64,000 bases of DNA from Octopus sinensis (GCF_006345805.1 NC_043022.1:2604001-2668000); one strand, 5' to 3'; shown: positions 24,378 through 37,011, counted from the first letter of the stretch. Numbers and translations: made by a program. The notes: a model not told the origin generated them from the sequence alone.

Positions 24378-24940
24378 TTAAAATTGCTTTTTTGCAAAGA
24401 ATTAACATCACTTAAGCTACAAAAAGAGAGAGAGAGAGCGGGGAGGGAGAACTCACCGAGGCCATGGGCACTGCCCCACCTCTTAATTAAATTTAATGGA
24501 AAAACAAAAAAGCAAATAAAATAGAATTGTAACAGAATTAGTAAATGAGGCTGAGGGCAAAAGATGACTCATTTAAATATTTTCATCTTTTTATTTTAAT
24601 TTATGTTAATTTATGCTCATTCTAACAAAGAATTTATAAAGAATGTGATAAATTAAAAAAACAAAAGACAGTGGTTGTTTAGCCCTAGGTCAGTCCTGAT
24701 GAGGCAGATTTATGATTGAACATTATCCAGCCATGATCATCTTGTCTAATTTTTTTTTTCACAAAATGTCTAAGGTTTCAATACCTAGTGTGTCTCTTTA
24801 CATTTAAAAAGGGCTATATTTTTTTTTAGTTTAGTTCTGGTCATTGGCTTGCGACCAAGCTGGAGCATGGCCATCATAGTTTCCATTGGTTATATCAACA
24901 GCTGTAGTTTATCTCTCTCTGTCTCTCTCTCTCTCTCTCA

Positions 24941-24980
<40 letters not shown>

Positions 24981-25249
24981 AGCTATTTCATTGACTTTCG
25001 AAGAAAAAAAAAAAAGACCAAAGCGAGAAACAGATGGTTGAACTGGGTGGGATTTGAACTTAAAACCTAGAGGGGCTTAGTCAAACAACCTCAATGTTTT
25101 GTCCAACAGTGCTCTACTGATTCTGCCAATAAGCTGTTAGTGTGTGTGGCTGGGGATGAGTTTAAGCTATATCTGGTAGTGGGGCCCTGGTTCCCTAGTT
25201 CCAGGGTTTTCACGAATGTGGAATCCCCTCTTAACTACTATTGTTCCGG

Positions 25250-25460
25250 TGGAAGCACATGGCCCAGTGGTTAGGGTGTTGGACTCATGATCATAAGATT
25301 GTGGTTTCGATTCCTGAACTGGGCAACACATTATGTTCTTGAATAAAATATTTCATTTCATGTTTGTTTCACTCCACTCATCTGACAAAAATGAGTAACC
25401 CTGCGATGGACTAGGTTCCCATCCAGGTGGAGAATATATTCGCCACTGAAATGGGGAAAC
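25250..25460 (+). mobile_element. SINE family D, interrupted by a DNA transposon; resumes at ~26084-26110
   Basis: Head gcacatggcccagtggttagggtgttggactcatgatc; tail ggggaaac...actggcccttatgagcc split by the 25461-26083 insert. Confidence 0.75.
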
Positions 25461-26083
25461 CAGCTCCAGGTGTGTCACGTGACTTTTAGAGGCCCCCTGC
25501 AACTTTTTGCTTCAAGACCCCATCCCTTCAATCAAAACTCATAATCTACGCACCTTCTATTCATAGCTATATTTTACTTTATTCTATCTGAAGTTCAATA
25601 TTTCATGTTATCCTAAAGAACATCTTTAAAACTACAACAAGTCAAATTTATTTAGGTTTATTACAAATTTCAATAAGTAAAACTTCCAGACATCAATAAA
25701 AGAGCATTTTTATAATCCAGGCAACTTTCAAAGACAAATACGGTGAACTTTTCACTTTGTGATATCATTGATCAGTTCAGAATAATCAAAAGCTGAGAGC
25801 TAAGTTTGTGTTCAATAGATGTCGTAGACAATCCACAAAGTCTGGTACACGTTCGTGGTACATTGTAATATTTTTACAAGAACTTTTGCAGGTACAACGT
25901 ATTACTATTTTATTTCTTGAAATTTTCACTAAACATAGTTTAATTCTTGTTCAACATCTTAACCAAAATAAATATATGACTTATCTATGTACTTTGATCT
26001 TAACGTGGTGTCCCTATGGTGTCCCTTCAACTGTGGAGGCCCCCTGTGACTGCAGGGGTTGCCGTGGCTTAGCTACAGCCCTG
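25461..26083 (+). mobile_element. hAT-like non-autonomous DNA transposon
   Basis: High identity to the reverse complement of 39285-40399; termini cagctcc... and ...gccctg. Confidence 0.7.
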
Positions 26084-26142
26084 ACTGGCCCTTATGAGCC
26101 TATATGACTTGAAAAGTAACTTAACTTTTTTTTAATATTTGT

Positions 26143-27010
26143 TATGCTTTGCTACACCTGTTTTCCCCTCCACTGAACCATGAAGGTTTCTTCCACAGGG
26201 TCCACCATACCAGTTAACCCCTAACTGGGATCCTGACAGGTGGCACTACTCAGGGTCAGAGAAGACCTGACAACAATAATAAAGGTAAGGTTTCTTTCCT
26301 GAGACATATAGGCTCACAAGGGCTGGTTTCCCAGCTTCCCTGGCATTTATATTCCCCACTTGGATGGGACACTGTGAAGGCACCTAGCTTCGTGCTTAGG
26401 GTGTTGCACTCATGATCTAGCAATCGTGGGTTCCATTCTCAGGCCAAGCAGTGTGTTGTGGTCAAAACACTTTATTTCCCGTTGCTCCAATCCATTCAGT
26501 TGGTAACAATGAGTCATCCTGCGACAGACCAGTGTCCCATCCAAGTGGGGAATATAAATGTCAGGGAAGCCGGGAAACCAGCCCTTGTGAGCCTATATGT
26601 CTCAGGAAGGAAACCTTACCTTTATTATTGTTGTCAGGTCTTCTCTGACTCTGAGTAGTAACACCTGTCAGGATCCCAGTTAGGGGTTAACTGGTATGGT
26701 TAACTGGTATGGCGGTGAGCTGGTAGAAACGTTAGCATGCCGGGCGAAATGCTTAGCGGTATTTTGTCTGCCGTTACGTTCTGAGTTCAAATTCCGCCGA
26801 GGTCGACTTTGCCTTTCATCCCTTCGGGGTCGATAAATTAAGTACCAGTTACGAACTGGGGTCAATGTAATCGACTTAATACCTATGTCTGTCCTTGTTT
26901 GTTCCCTCTGTGTTTAGCCCCTTGTGGGTAATAAAGAAATAGGTATGGTGGACCCTGTGGAAGAAATCTTCATGGTTCAGTGGAGGGGAAAACAGGTGTA
27001 GCAAAGCATA
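26143..27010. repeat. Local inverted duplication (arms 26143-26374 and 26530-27010) around a SINE D head
   Basis: tatgctttgctacacctg...gatgggacactg mirrored by cagtgtcccatcc...caggtgtagcaaagcata; the right arm carries an extra SINE B1 at 26711-26941. Confidence 0.88.
26711..26941 (+). mobile_element. SINE family B1 monomer
   Basis: Full head, body and tail; absent from the mirrored left arm. Confidence 0.92.
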
Positions 27011-27084
27011 CAAGACAAGACATCTGGATCATCCACTGCATCCACTCCCATCCCCAGTTGTCTTGACCTGGTCTTGCCACAGGC

Positions 27085-27320
27085 TGCAGAGGCACATGGC
27101 TTAGTGGTTAGGGTGTTGGACTCATGATCGGAAGATTGTGGTTTCGATTCCTGGACTGAGCAACACATTGTGTTCTTGAGCAAAACACCGCATTTCACAT
27201 TGCTCCAGTCCACTCAGCTGGTAAAAGACTGTGATGGACCAGCGTCCCATCCAGGTGAGGAATATATACGCCAGGAAACCGGGAAACCGGACCTTATGAG
27301 TCAGCATGACACAAGAAGGA
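27085..27320 (+). mobile_element. SINE family D with type-3 tail
   Basis: gaggcacatggcttagtggttagggtgttggactcatgatc...gaaaccgggaaaccggaccttatgag. Confidence 0.82.
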
Positions 27321-27629
27321 ACTTTTCTATTTTTTTTTTTTACTTGCCTCTGGATTGAAGATGGTCAATGGTCAGGGATCAATGAGAGAGCGAGGTTGCC
27401 ATTGGTCAGCTCTTCTCCACCTTAAACAAAGCCACCACAGATGTCATCGGTCATCCTTAAGAATAACAAGATGGTCTTCATTGCTCTAACAGACAAACAC
27501 ACACAAAGCAGAAGTGGGGCAGCAATTTAACCCTTTTGTTACTAACCCGGCTAAAACCGGCTCTTGCTCTGAGGTAAAATGTCTTGTTTTCATAAGTTTT
27601 GAATTAAAATATTCCACCAATCCTTAGTC

Positions 27630-27900
27630 ACATCATCATCATCATTGTTCGACCGTGGTCGAGACAATGGAATTTACCATGCTACGCCAGACTTCATGGT
27701 CCATCATGGCATTACAGAGGTCCTGTTGCTGGATGCCTGTATCCCCGGAGATTACATCAGGGTAGGAGAGTGTGCGCCCTCTGGTATTGCGAGTAGATGG
27801 CTTCCAGAGGAGAAGAGTAGAAATTACTTCTTTTTCAGCTCTACAACAATGTCCAGCAATCTGGACTCTCTTACCTTTCACAAGAGATGACACAGGTGGT
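27630..27900 (-). mobile_element. RTE-clade LINE 3' end
   Basis: KRVQIAGHCCRAEKEVISTLLLWKP...RGRTLSYPDVISGDTG...MMDHEVWR is the RTE C-terminal pattern; (TGA)n tail. Confidence 0.82.
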
Positions 27901-28454
27901 AGTTTCCCATATATTTGCAGAAGTGGGGCAGCGATTTGAGGGAGATTTGGCTGCTACTTCTAGCAAACTCGGTGACCACCCCATTGCCTGGTTTCTTCGT
28001 TGACTTGAAAAGCTAAAAGGGAAAATGAAGTGAAATGTCATGTTGTGATGATGATGATGCTGTAGTGTGTAACCAAAATATATTGACTGTTGTCGTGGTG
28101 ACATTTTCTCTCGAAAATAAAGGTAATTCTTGCTGGTTTTTGTATACATTGATTATTGTGTTGCATTGACATTTTCATCCGCCCCACCCGTCGCTTGTTG
28201 CTGTTGTTGTTGTTGCCGTCATCTTATGTGAATAGACATGTCGACGGTTAAAGTGTTAAGGGTGACATTTAACTATTGACACACTTTGGCTGCCCAACGC
28301 TGATTCCTCGTTAATTACATCACATTAACGACACCTGACTTCTAGTTCCGGACATTTCAACAAACATTTGCAACATTACGTCCATCAGATGAGAGCTTCT
28401 TCTTCTTCATCACCATCATTATCATCCTCTTCATCATTATCACCACCACCATCA

Positions 28455-28660
28455 TCATCACATCATTTAATGTCTCTCTTCGATTCTGGTATGGATTGGA
28501 CAGCTTGATAGAAGCTAGGCAAGTCTGAGACCTGCACCAGGTTCCAATTGTCTGTTTTGGAATGGTTTCTACAGCTGGATGCCCTTCCTAATGCCAACCA
28601 CTTTACAAAGTGTACTGGGTGCTTTTTATGTGGCACCAGCACCAGTGAGGGTGCCAAGTA
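28455..28660 (-). mobile_element. Family E 3' tail
   Basis: Reverse complement of the E tail (ggatgcccttcctaatgccaacc). Confidence 0.8.
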
Positions 28661-28763
28661 ACTTACAAGATAAGACTCCTCAACTGAGCAGGGTAGAGAC
28701 TGGAGAAATAAGAAATTTTACATTGCAGCATCAACACCAGTGGGGTCACTGAGTAATCATTAA

Positions 28764-28985
28764 CCCTTTTGATACCAACCCGGCTGAAACCACCTCTGGC
28801 TCTGTAGTACAAATGTCTTGTTTTCTTAAGTCCTGAATTAAAATCTTCCACCAAACCTTAGTCACAATTTATGTTCCTAACACTAGGTTAATGATAACGA
28901 AGTTATTTTACTAAATTCTTTGTTAAATTTAAAATTAAATGAAAAAAACACAGAGCATCTCAACAGAAATATGGTAATGAAAGAG
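28764..28985. mobile_element. piggyBac-like MITE (family 1)
   Basis: TTAA|cccttt...aaagag|TTAA; partial relative near 27530-27630. Confidence 0.7.
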
Positions 28986-29209
28986 TTAAGGAAAATAAGC
29001 ACATGTTTAAGGCACTAAGGGAAGGTAGGTGGGGGTGGGGTGGGGGAACCACAGAAATGGTAAATGGTTCACAGCACAAAAGAAATCACTTGAAACTTGC
29101 TAAAATAATATTCAAAGTGGTTTATTTGATTGGAAAAATAATTTCAAAGGGTTCATGGTGTCATGGTAAGGATCTGATCAAAGACTTTGCTATCGGAAAA
29201 AAGTAGGAA

Positions 29210-29590
29210 ACTTTTCTTGCTTCCCAACCACTTGGTTCTGGGTTCAGTCCCACTGCGTGGCACTTTGGGAAAGTGTCTTCTACTATAGCCTCAGGTCAAC
29301 CAAAGCCTTGTGAGCGGATTTGGTCGATGGAAACTGAAAGAAGCCCGTCGTATATGTGTGTATGTGGGTGTGTCTGTATTTGTTTCTCCCCCCCCCTCAT
29401 CACAACTTGACAACCAGTGTTGGTGTGTTTATGTCCCCATAATTTAGCGGTTCAGCAAAAGAGACCAATAGAATAAGTACTAGACTTTAAAAATAAGCCC
29501 TGGGGTCAATTTGTTTGACTAAAACATTTCAAGATGGTGCTCCAGCATGGCCACAGTCAAATGACTGAAAGAAGTAAAAGAAAAATAGAA
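29210..29590 (+). mobile_element. SINE family A
   Basis: Body and tail match family A. Confidence 0.88.
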
Positions 29591-29649
29591 AAAAACTTTT
29601 GAAGAATAAGAATTTATTTTCTGGTTTATTGTTGTTTACATTTTGAATT

Positions 29650-30281
29650 AGTGAAGGTTTATGGCCTAGTGGGTAAGGCTGTTGCACTCATGATCACTGG
29701 GTTATGGGTTCAATTCTCTGACTGGGCAGCATATTGTGTTCTTGAGCAAAACACTTCATTACACGTTGCTCCATTTCCTGTTTCGATCAGGGGAGGATGT
29801 TGGCCTGCTCGCTTGACCAGTGGGGTGGTGTCATTTGAAGGTTAAAACAATGCAAAATGTACTGTGACCAGCGATGTGTAACATCTGATAGTCTGGTCGG
29901 TCACATGATTATGTGGTGTGTGTGTGTGTGTGTGTGAAGGCACATGGCTAAGTGGTTAGGATGTTGCACACACAATCCAAGATAGTAGGTTCTATTCCCT
30001 GACTGGGCGGTGTGTTCTGTTCTTGACCAAAGCACTTCATTACATGTTGCTCGATCAGGGGAGAATGTTAACCTGCTCAGCTGACCAGTGGGGTGGCATC
30101 ATTTGAAGGCTAAAACATTGCAAAATGCATTATGACCAGCAAAGTATAACGACTTCTACCCCTAACCCTAACCCTAACACCTAAACCTAACCCTAAACCC
30201 TAACCCCTACCCCTAAACCCTAACCCTAAACCCTAAACCTAACCCTAACCCCTAACCTGGGCAGTCATGTGATCACATGTG

Positions 30282-30316
<35 letters not shown>

Positions 30317-30400
30317 GGTATGTGGCTTAGCTGTTAGGCTGTTGCACACATAATCGCAAGATCATGGGTTCTATTCCCTGACTGGGCAGCATGTTGTGAT
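29650..30400 (+). mobile_element. Three head-to-tail SINE D copies (type-2 tail) separated by (GT)n
   Basis: Heads (tgaagg...atggc...agtgg/ctgttagg) near 29650, 29937 and 30313; the third copy is truncated. Confidence 0.8.
30156..30257 (-). repeat. Interstitial telomeric-type repeat (TTAGGG)n, degenerate
   Basis: ~100 bp of ccctaa with ccctaaa/cccctaa variants. Confidence 0.9.
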
Positions 30401-30551
30401 GGAGCACCAAGCTCTTAAGTGTTTAGGGCCTGTACGGGTCTAAATCCAGTCTTGCTAAAGGTAATAATGTTCTTTTAAAGGTGAGAATCTAGTCTGGTGA
30501 CAATGTAGACATCCAGAGGAGATCCAAACTCGGAATTGTCCACAAGAACAT

Positions 30552-31105
30552 TTATTTCTTTACTGCCCACAAGGGGCTAAACATAGAGGGGACAAACAAG
30601 AACAGACAAAGGGATTAAGTCGATTATATCGACCCCAGTGCGAAACTGGTACTTAATTTATCGACCCAAAAAGGATGAAAGGCAAAGTCGACCTCGGCGG
30701 AATTTGAACTCAGGACGTAACGACAGACGAAATACCTATTCCTTTACTACCCACGAGGGGCTAAACATAGAGGGGACAAACAAGGACAGACAAAGGGATT
30801 AAGTCGATTACATCGACCCCAGTGCAAAACTGGTACTTAATTTATCGACCCCGAAAGGATGAAAGGCAAAGTGGACCTCGGCGGAATTTGAACTCAGAAC
30901 GTAACGACAGACGAAATACCGCTAAGCATTTCGCCCGGCATGTCTGTCTGTCGTTACGTTCTGAGTTCAAATTCCACCGAGGTCGACTTTGCCTTTCATC
31001 CTTTTGGGGGTCGATAAACTAAGTACCAGTTAACTACTAGTTTGATAACATCGACTTGTCCCCTCCCCACAAATTTCCGGCCTTGTGCCTTTAGTAGAAA
31101 GGGTT
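30552..31105. mobile_element. SINE B1 dimer (minus, to 30940) joined head-to-head to a plus-strand B0 body
   Basis: Two B1 units on minus, abrupt switch at 30940/30941 to plus tgtctgtcgttacgttctgag with a B0 tail. Confidence 0.85.
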
Positions 31106-31409
31106 AATATATTTAGTTTAGAAATAAAGGGTCCTTGGTTCACTTCTATCTGGGACTGTGTACACATCCTGCAAAAAGGCACCTGATTATGACTGATTCA
31201 ACAGACAAGCATTGTCACATTGCTGTGTGGCACTGTGCCGCTCTGGAGATTATGATAAGGGAATAAGTATCACTGGAATACTCAACCACTCAAATACAAG
31301 TAGGACTGATGCTGTAATTTGAAGAGTCTGGCCTGTGTTAAACTGAGAATTATGTTAAGGGTTGAAATGTGGATGAAAATTACTCAACCACTTAAGCTGT
31401 GTCATTGCT

Positions 31410-31670
31410 GTCATCATTGTCATCATTCATCACCATCACCATCATCATCTTTGTCATCGTCATCATCTTCTTTATCATCATTGTCGTCATTATCACCACC
31501 ACCATCATCATCATCTTTATCATTGTCATCACCACCACCACCATCACCACCACCATCATCATCATCACCATCATCTTCACGGTCAACATCATCACTGTCA
31601 TCATCATCATCATCATCATTACCATTATCATCATCACCATTGTCATCATCATCATCATCGTCATCGTCCA
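31410..31670. repeat. (ATC/ACC)n trinucleotide array
   Basis: Direct inspection. Confidence 0.95.
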
Positions 31671-32124
31671 TTTCTCCGTGCTGGCATGTGTCAGATAGAC
31701 TTCACTGAGGCAAATGTTCTGCAGCTGGATGCCCTTCCTGTCACCTACCCTCACCTGTCTCCAAACAAGACACTGATCCCTCAGGCTGTTTGAACAATGA
31801 ACACCCAAGTCTTGTTCACAGCTATTTGCACAGCCTGTCATGATACATTCATAAATCTCAAGATGTTCTTTTGTATTGACTGCAAGTCTACAACACTGCT
31901 TACGTTGACTGCAGGCTCCCTTCTTCACACTGTAAAGAGTGGTTGGTGTTAGGAAAGGCATCCAGCCATGGAAACCAGGACAAAACAGACACTGGAGTTC
32001 GAAGTGCAGTCCTTGGATACATTGGATCCTGACAAACCATCCAAGCCATGCCAGCATGACACATGGATGGAAAATGATGGTAATGATGTTGATGTATATA
32101 GATATGTAAGAATATACATACATA

Positions 32125-32175
<51 letters not shown>

Positions 32176-32289
32176 GCCTACCCTCATGTATGTATGTATG
32201 TATCTATCTATCTAAATATATATATATATATACACACGAGTGAGTGGACAAATGAAAGAGGGGCACTTCATCCATATATATATATATCA

Positions 32290-32650
32290 TCATCATCGGC
32301 CATACTGGAGCACTGCCTTTAGCCGAGCAAATCGACCCCAGGACATATTCTTTTTAAGCCTAGTACTTATTCTATTGGTCTTTTTTGCTGAACCGCCAGC
32401 TTACGGGGACGTAAACACACCAGCATCGGTTGTCAGGTGATGCTGGGGGGGACAAACATGCACACACGCACACACATATATATATATATACGACGGGCTT
32501 CTTTCAGTTTCCGTCTACCAAATCCACTCACAAGGCTTTGGCCAGCCCGAGGCTACAGTAGAAGACACTTGCCCAAGGTGCCACACAGTGGGACTGAACC
32601 TGGAACCATGTGGTTGGTAAGCAAGCTACTTACCACACAGCCACTCCTTT
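32290..32650 (-). mobile_element. SINE family A
   Basis: Reverse complement of family A. Confidence 0.88.
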
Positions 32651-32724
32651 GCATATATGTATATGTATTCTTTTAGTCTTTCATTTGTTTCAGCTATATG
32701 ACTGGTCATGCTGGAGCACTGCCT

Positions 32725-32749
32725 ATGTATGAGTGTGTGTATATTATAT

Positions 32750-32793
<44 letters not shown>

Positions 32794-33575
32794 GTATGTG
32801 TGTGTGATATATATATATGTATGTGTGTGTATATATATATATGTAGGTGTGTGTATATATATATATATGTGTGTGTGTATTATATATATATGTATGTGTG
32901 TGTATATATAATATATGTGTGTGTGTGTATATATATATATATATGTATGTGTGTGTATTATATATATATGTATGTGTGGTGTATATATATATATATGTAT
33001 GGTGTGTGTATATATATATATGTGTGTTATATATATATATGTATGTGTGTTATATATATATATGTATGTGTGTGTGATATATATATATGTATGTGTGTGT
33101 GTATATATATATATTATATATGTATGTATGTGTGTATATATATATATAATATATATATGTATGTGTGTGTATATATATATATGTGTGTGTAATATATATA
33201 TATATGTATGTGTGTGGTATATATATATATGTATGTATGTGTGTGTTATATATATATATGTATGTGTGTGTGGTATATATATATATATATGTATGTGTGT
33301 GTATATATATATATATAATATATGTATGTGTGGTGTATATATATATATATGTATGTGTGTGTATATATATATATGTATGTGTGTGGTATATATATATATA
33401 TTGTATGTATGTATGTGTGTTGTATATATATATATGTATGTGTGTGTTGATATATATATATATGTATGTGTGTAATATATATATATATATATGTATGTGT
33501 GTGTATATATATATATATGTATGTATGTATGTGTGTGTATATATATATGTATGTATGTATACACACACATACATA
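32725..33575. repeat. (TA)n/(TG)n compound microsatellite
   Basis: Direct inspection; explains the YIYVC ORFs. Confidence 0.97.
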
Positions 33576-33885
33576 TGATTGGCTTCCACACAGTTTCCAT
33601 CTAATAAATTCCACTCACAAAGCATTGTTGAGCTTACAACTATAAGAAAAGATGTTCCCTCGCAAAGTTTCACAGGGTGGGACTGAACCTGAAACCACAT
33701 GGTTGCCAGACCGACTTCTAAACCACACAGCCATGCCTTGCAGCAACGTATACTTCCTAACAAACTTCTCCATCTCTCTGCCTAATCCTTCCTTCACGTG
33801 TTTCTTTACCATATATATCTACACACACACAGGCAAATATATATACATATATATATACTTTATTTTAAGCAGCAGAAAATTCAAC

Positions 33886-33933
33886 AAAATCTGTTACTCT
33901 GAGTTTCTCGTTGCCGTTCATCAGACAGTTTTT
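33886..33933 (-). ncRNA. Mirror-image hammerhead ribozyme motif
   Basis: Exact reverse complement of 33939-33986. Confidence 0.72.
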
Positions 33934-33938
33934 GCTAG

Positions 33939-33986
33939 AAAAACTGTCTGATGAACGGCAACGAGAAACTCAGAGTAACAGATTTT
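33939..33986 (+). ncRNA. Type I minimal hammerhead ribozyme motif
   Basis: CTGT CTGATGA ACG-GCAA-CGA GAA ACT-CAG-AGT A ACAG: intact catalytic core, stems I to III, predicted GUA cleavage after 33977. Confidence 0.75.
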
Positions 33987-34780
33987 GTTGAATTTTCTGC
34001 TGCTTAAAATAAAGCATATTACTCTACCACTGGTATTTGAGTACTCTTTTTTCCACCTTGTTTCACATTTATGTATATATATATATATATATATACATTC
34101 TTAATGTCACCATAGAAATACTGTATTATATTATATTATATATTATTTTTAGTCCATCTTTCTTTCTTTTCTTTCTCCCATTTAAAAAAAAAATATTTGT
34201 TTTTGTTTATTTTTTTTTAGTTTTTTTTTTTTCATTTTTTTTTTGGTTTTTCTTTCTCAGAACAAAAGCCTGCCTAGCATGAACTCTATAATTGCTGCTT
34301 CATTTTGAGTCTTGTGATTAACAATGAAGCTGTGAGGGCATTGACTAGCAATACAAACTATTCTAGAAGCAAGGAGACAAATAAAATAAAAAAAACCCAA
34401 AAAAAAAAACCTAAAAAAAGGTAGCATTACTTTGTGTGGGTCTCTGATTGGTTAAAATATCCTTTTAATTTATTAGGTACTTTGTTTGTTCTTTTTTGGG
34501 GGGTTTTTTTTGCTTTGTTTCTTTTTTTTTTAATTAGCTAACCCTTGTTACATGGAATTGAAACGTTTGCTTAACCCTTTTGGCACCAACCTTTACTCAC
34601 GCAGAGCTTTAACCTCTTTGATGTTAGCAAATCTGAGACTGGTTTCTGGTTCTGTGATACAAACTTGCAGATTTAAATTAATCTATGTTAAAAACTTTCA
34701 ACCAAATTCATTTCAAATATCATTTTGATAACAAAGCAGCACAAAGTTTTGTCAGTGAACAGGTCTTTTGTAAGTTCTCA

Positions 34781-35184
34781 CTCTTTTACTCTTTTCAGTC
34801 ATTTGACTGCGGCCATGCTGGAGCACCGCCTTTAATCGAGCAACTCGATCCCGGGACTTATTCTTTTGTAAGCCCAGTACTTATTCTATCGGTCTCTTTT
34901 GCCAAACCGCTAAATAACGGGGACGTAAACACACCAGCATCTGTTGTCAAGCAATGCTAGGGGGACAAACACAGACACACAAACATACACGCACACACAC
35001 ACATATATATATACATATATACGACGGGCTTCTTTCAGTTTCCGTCTACCAAATCCACTCACAAGGCATTGGTTGGCCCGGGCCTATAGCAGAAGACTCT
35101 TGCTCAAGATGCCACACAGTGGGACTGAACCCTGAACCATGTGGTTGGTTAGCAAGCTACTTACCACACAGCCACTCCTGTGCC
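34781..35184 (-). mobile_element. SINE family A, full length
   Basis: Reverse complement of family A. Confidence 0.92.
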
Positions 35185-35377
35185 TATATATATTTATTTA
35201 TTTATTTACAAAATCAAGGATAAAACCACTTTCAAGATTTTTTGAAGTGGCTAACAGAGTGTAGATAAGGTTTTTAGACCCATTTGGTGTCTATTTCTAG
35301 TGTGTTGGCGGGTTTATTTGTACCCTTCAATATAATTATATTATATAATTATAAATTAGTGTATATATATATATATA

Positions 35378-35667
35378 TCACTGATCACGTGACCGACCAG
35401 TCCATCAGATGTTGTTACACATCGCTGGTCACAATGCGTTCGCATTGTTTAGCTTCGAATGACGCCACCCCGCTGGCTAAGCGAGCAGGCCAACAGAAGA
35501 AAGAGTGGGAGAAAGAGTGGAGCAGGGATCACCACCCACTGCCGGAGCCTCGTGGAGCTTTTAGGTGCTTTTGCTCAATAAACACTCACAACGCCCGGTC
35601 TGGGAATCGAAACCGTGAACCTGCGACCGCGGGTCCGCTGCCCTAACCACTGGGCCATTGCGCCTCC
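35378..35667 (-). mobile_element. SINE family C, tail type 2
   Basis: C head on minus; tail gttggcctgctcgcttagcc...ggtcggtcacgtgatc. Confidence 0.88.
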
Positions 35668-35689
35668 ACATATATATACACACACACAT

Positions 35690-36302
35690 AGGTGTGTGTG
35701 TGTGTGTGTAATGGGCTTCTTTCAGTTTCCATCCATTAAATCCATTCACAAGGATTTGGTCAGTCCGGGGCTATAGTAGAAGGCATTTGCTCATGATAGC
35801 CTGCAGTGGGACTGAACCAGAGCCATGTGGTTGAGAAACAAACTGCTTGCAACACAACCAATTAAATTTTAATTCTCTTTTCCCAACATCCCATAGGCGC
35901 AGGCGTGGCTGTGTGGTAAGAAGCTTGCTTACCAACCACATGGTTCTGGGTTCAGTCCCACTGCATGGCACCTTGGGCAAGTGTCTTTTACTATAGCATC
36001 GGGCCAACCAAAGCCTTGTCAGTGGATTTGGTAGTCGGAAGCTGAAAGAAGCCCATCGTGTGTGTGTGTGTGTGTGTGTATTCATGTATGTGTCTCTGTG
36101 TCTGTGTTTGTTCCCACCACCACCATCGCTTGAAAACTGATGTTGGTGTGTTTATGTCCTCTGTAGCTTAGTGGTTCGCCAAAAGAATCTGATAGAATAA
36201 GTACTGGGCTTATAAAGAATAAGTACACAACAACACTGTTCTTTGACTAAAAAGCGGTGCTCCAGCATGGCCGCAGTTAAATGACTGAAACTAGTAAAAG
36301 AA
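35690..36302. mobile_element. Two SINE A copies head-to-head (minus 35690-35860, plus 35896-36302)
   Basis: Family A sequence in both orientations. Confidence 0.85.
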
Positions 36303-37011
36303 CAACAGAACAACAGAATCCAATAATTTCTGACTATTTAGACTAATCTCAAAATATAACGAGATTTTTGAGGCAACCAAGGGAAGAGAATCGTTAGAAA
36401 TGAAATTAATTATTCAAAGAGCAAGAACACAACCCAAGATACCCTTTATTTATTTATCTATTTATTTATTTATTTACTAATTCCTCAGTGTTTCCTAATC
36501 TAAGTTCCAAGAACTCACAGGATTCTGTGAAGATATTCCAAGGTTCTGCACCTTAATGAAGCAGTTTTTTGTCTGTCTTCATGTTCTGAGTTCAACTTTG
36601 CCCTTCTTCCTTTCGGAGTCAATAAATTAAGTACCAGTTGCGTACTGGGGTTGATGTAGTCAACTTAACCCTCTCCTGAAATTGCTGGCCTTGTGGCAAA
36701 ATATGAAACTGTTATTAGGACAGCAAGCTAGCAGAAGCATTAATGCCACAGTTAAAATGCTTAACACTAAACAGCATTTCTTTCAAGCGCTTATGTTCTG
36801 TGTTCAAATCCTGGCAAAGCCAACTTTGCTTTTCATCTTTTCAGGGTTGATAAAATAAGTACCAGGTGAACACTAGGGGTCAATGTGATCAATTAATCAT
36901 CTGACCCTAAAATTTATAGCCTTGTACCAAAATTTAAAACCATCATTGTAATTATTTTGGTAATTAATTTGGAATCAGCTGAAGAGAGCTTTCAATATTA
37001 TGACCTTGGAA

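Larger units (their letters stand above)
33858..34075 (+). mobile_element. Penelope-like terminal-repeat fragment with an inverted copy of its 5' part
   Basis: Perfect 76-bp arms 33858-33933 and 33939-34014, 5-nt spacer, hammerhead core in each arm, (TA)n flanks. Confidence 0.75.

Noticed and set aside
24690-24720. cctgatgagg and other isolated CTGATGA hits (about 1390, 11528, 12650, 45447)
   Set aside because: No stem II plus GAAA plus stem I arrangement.
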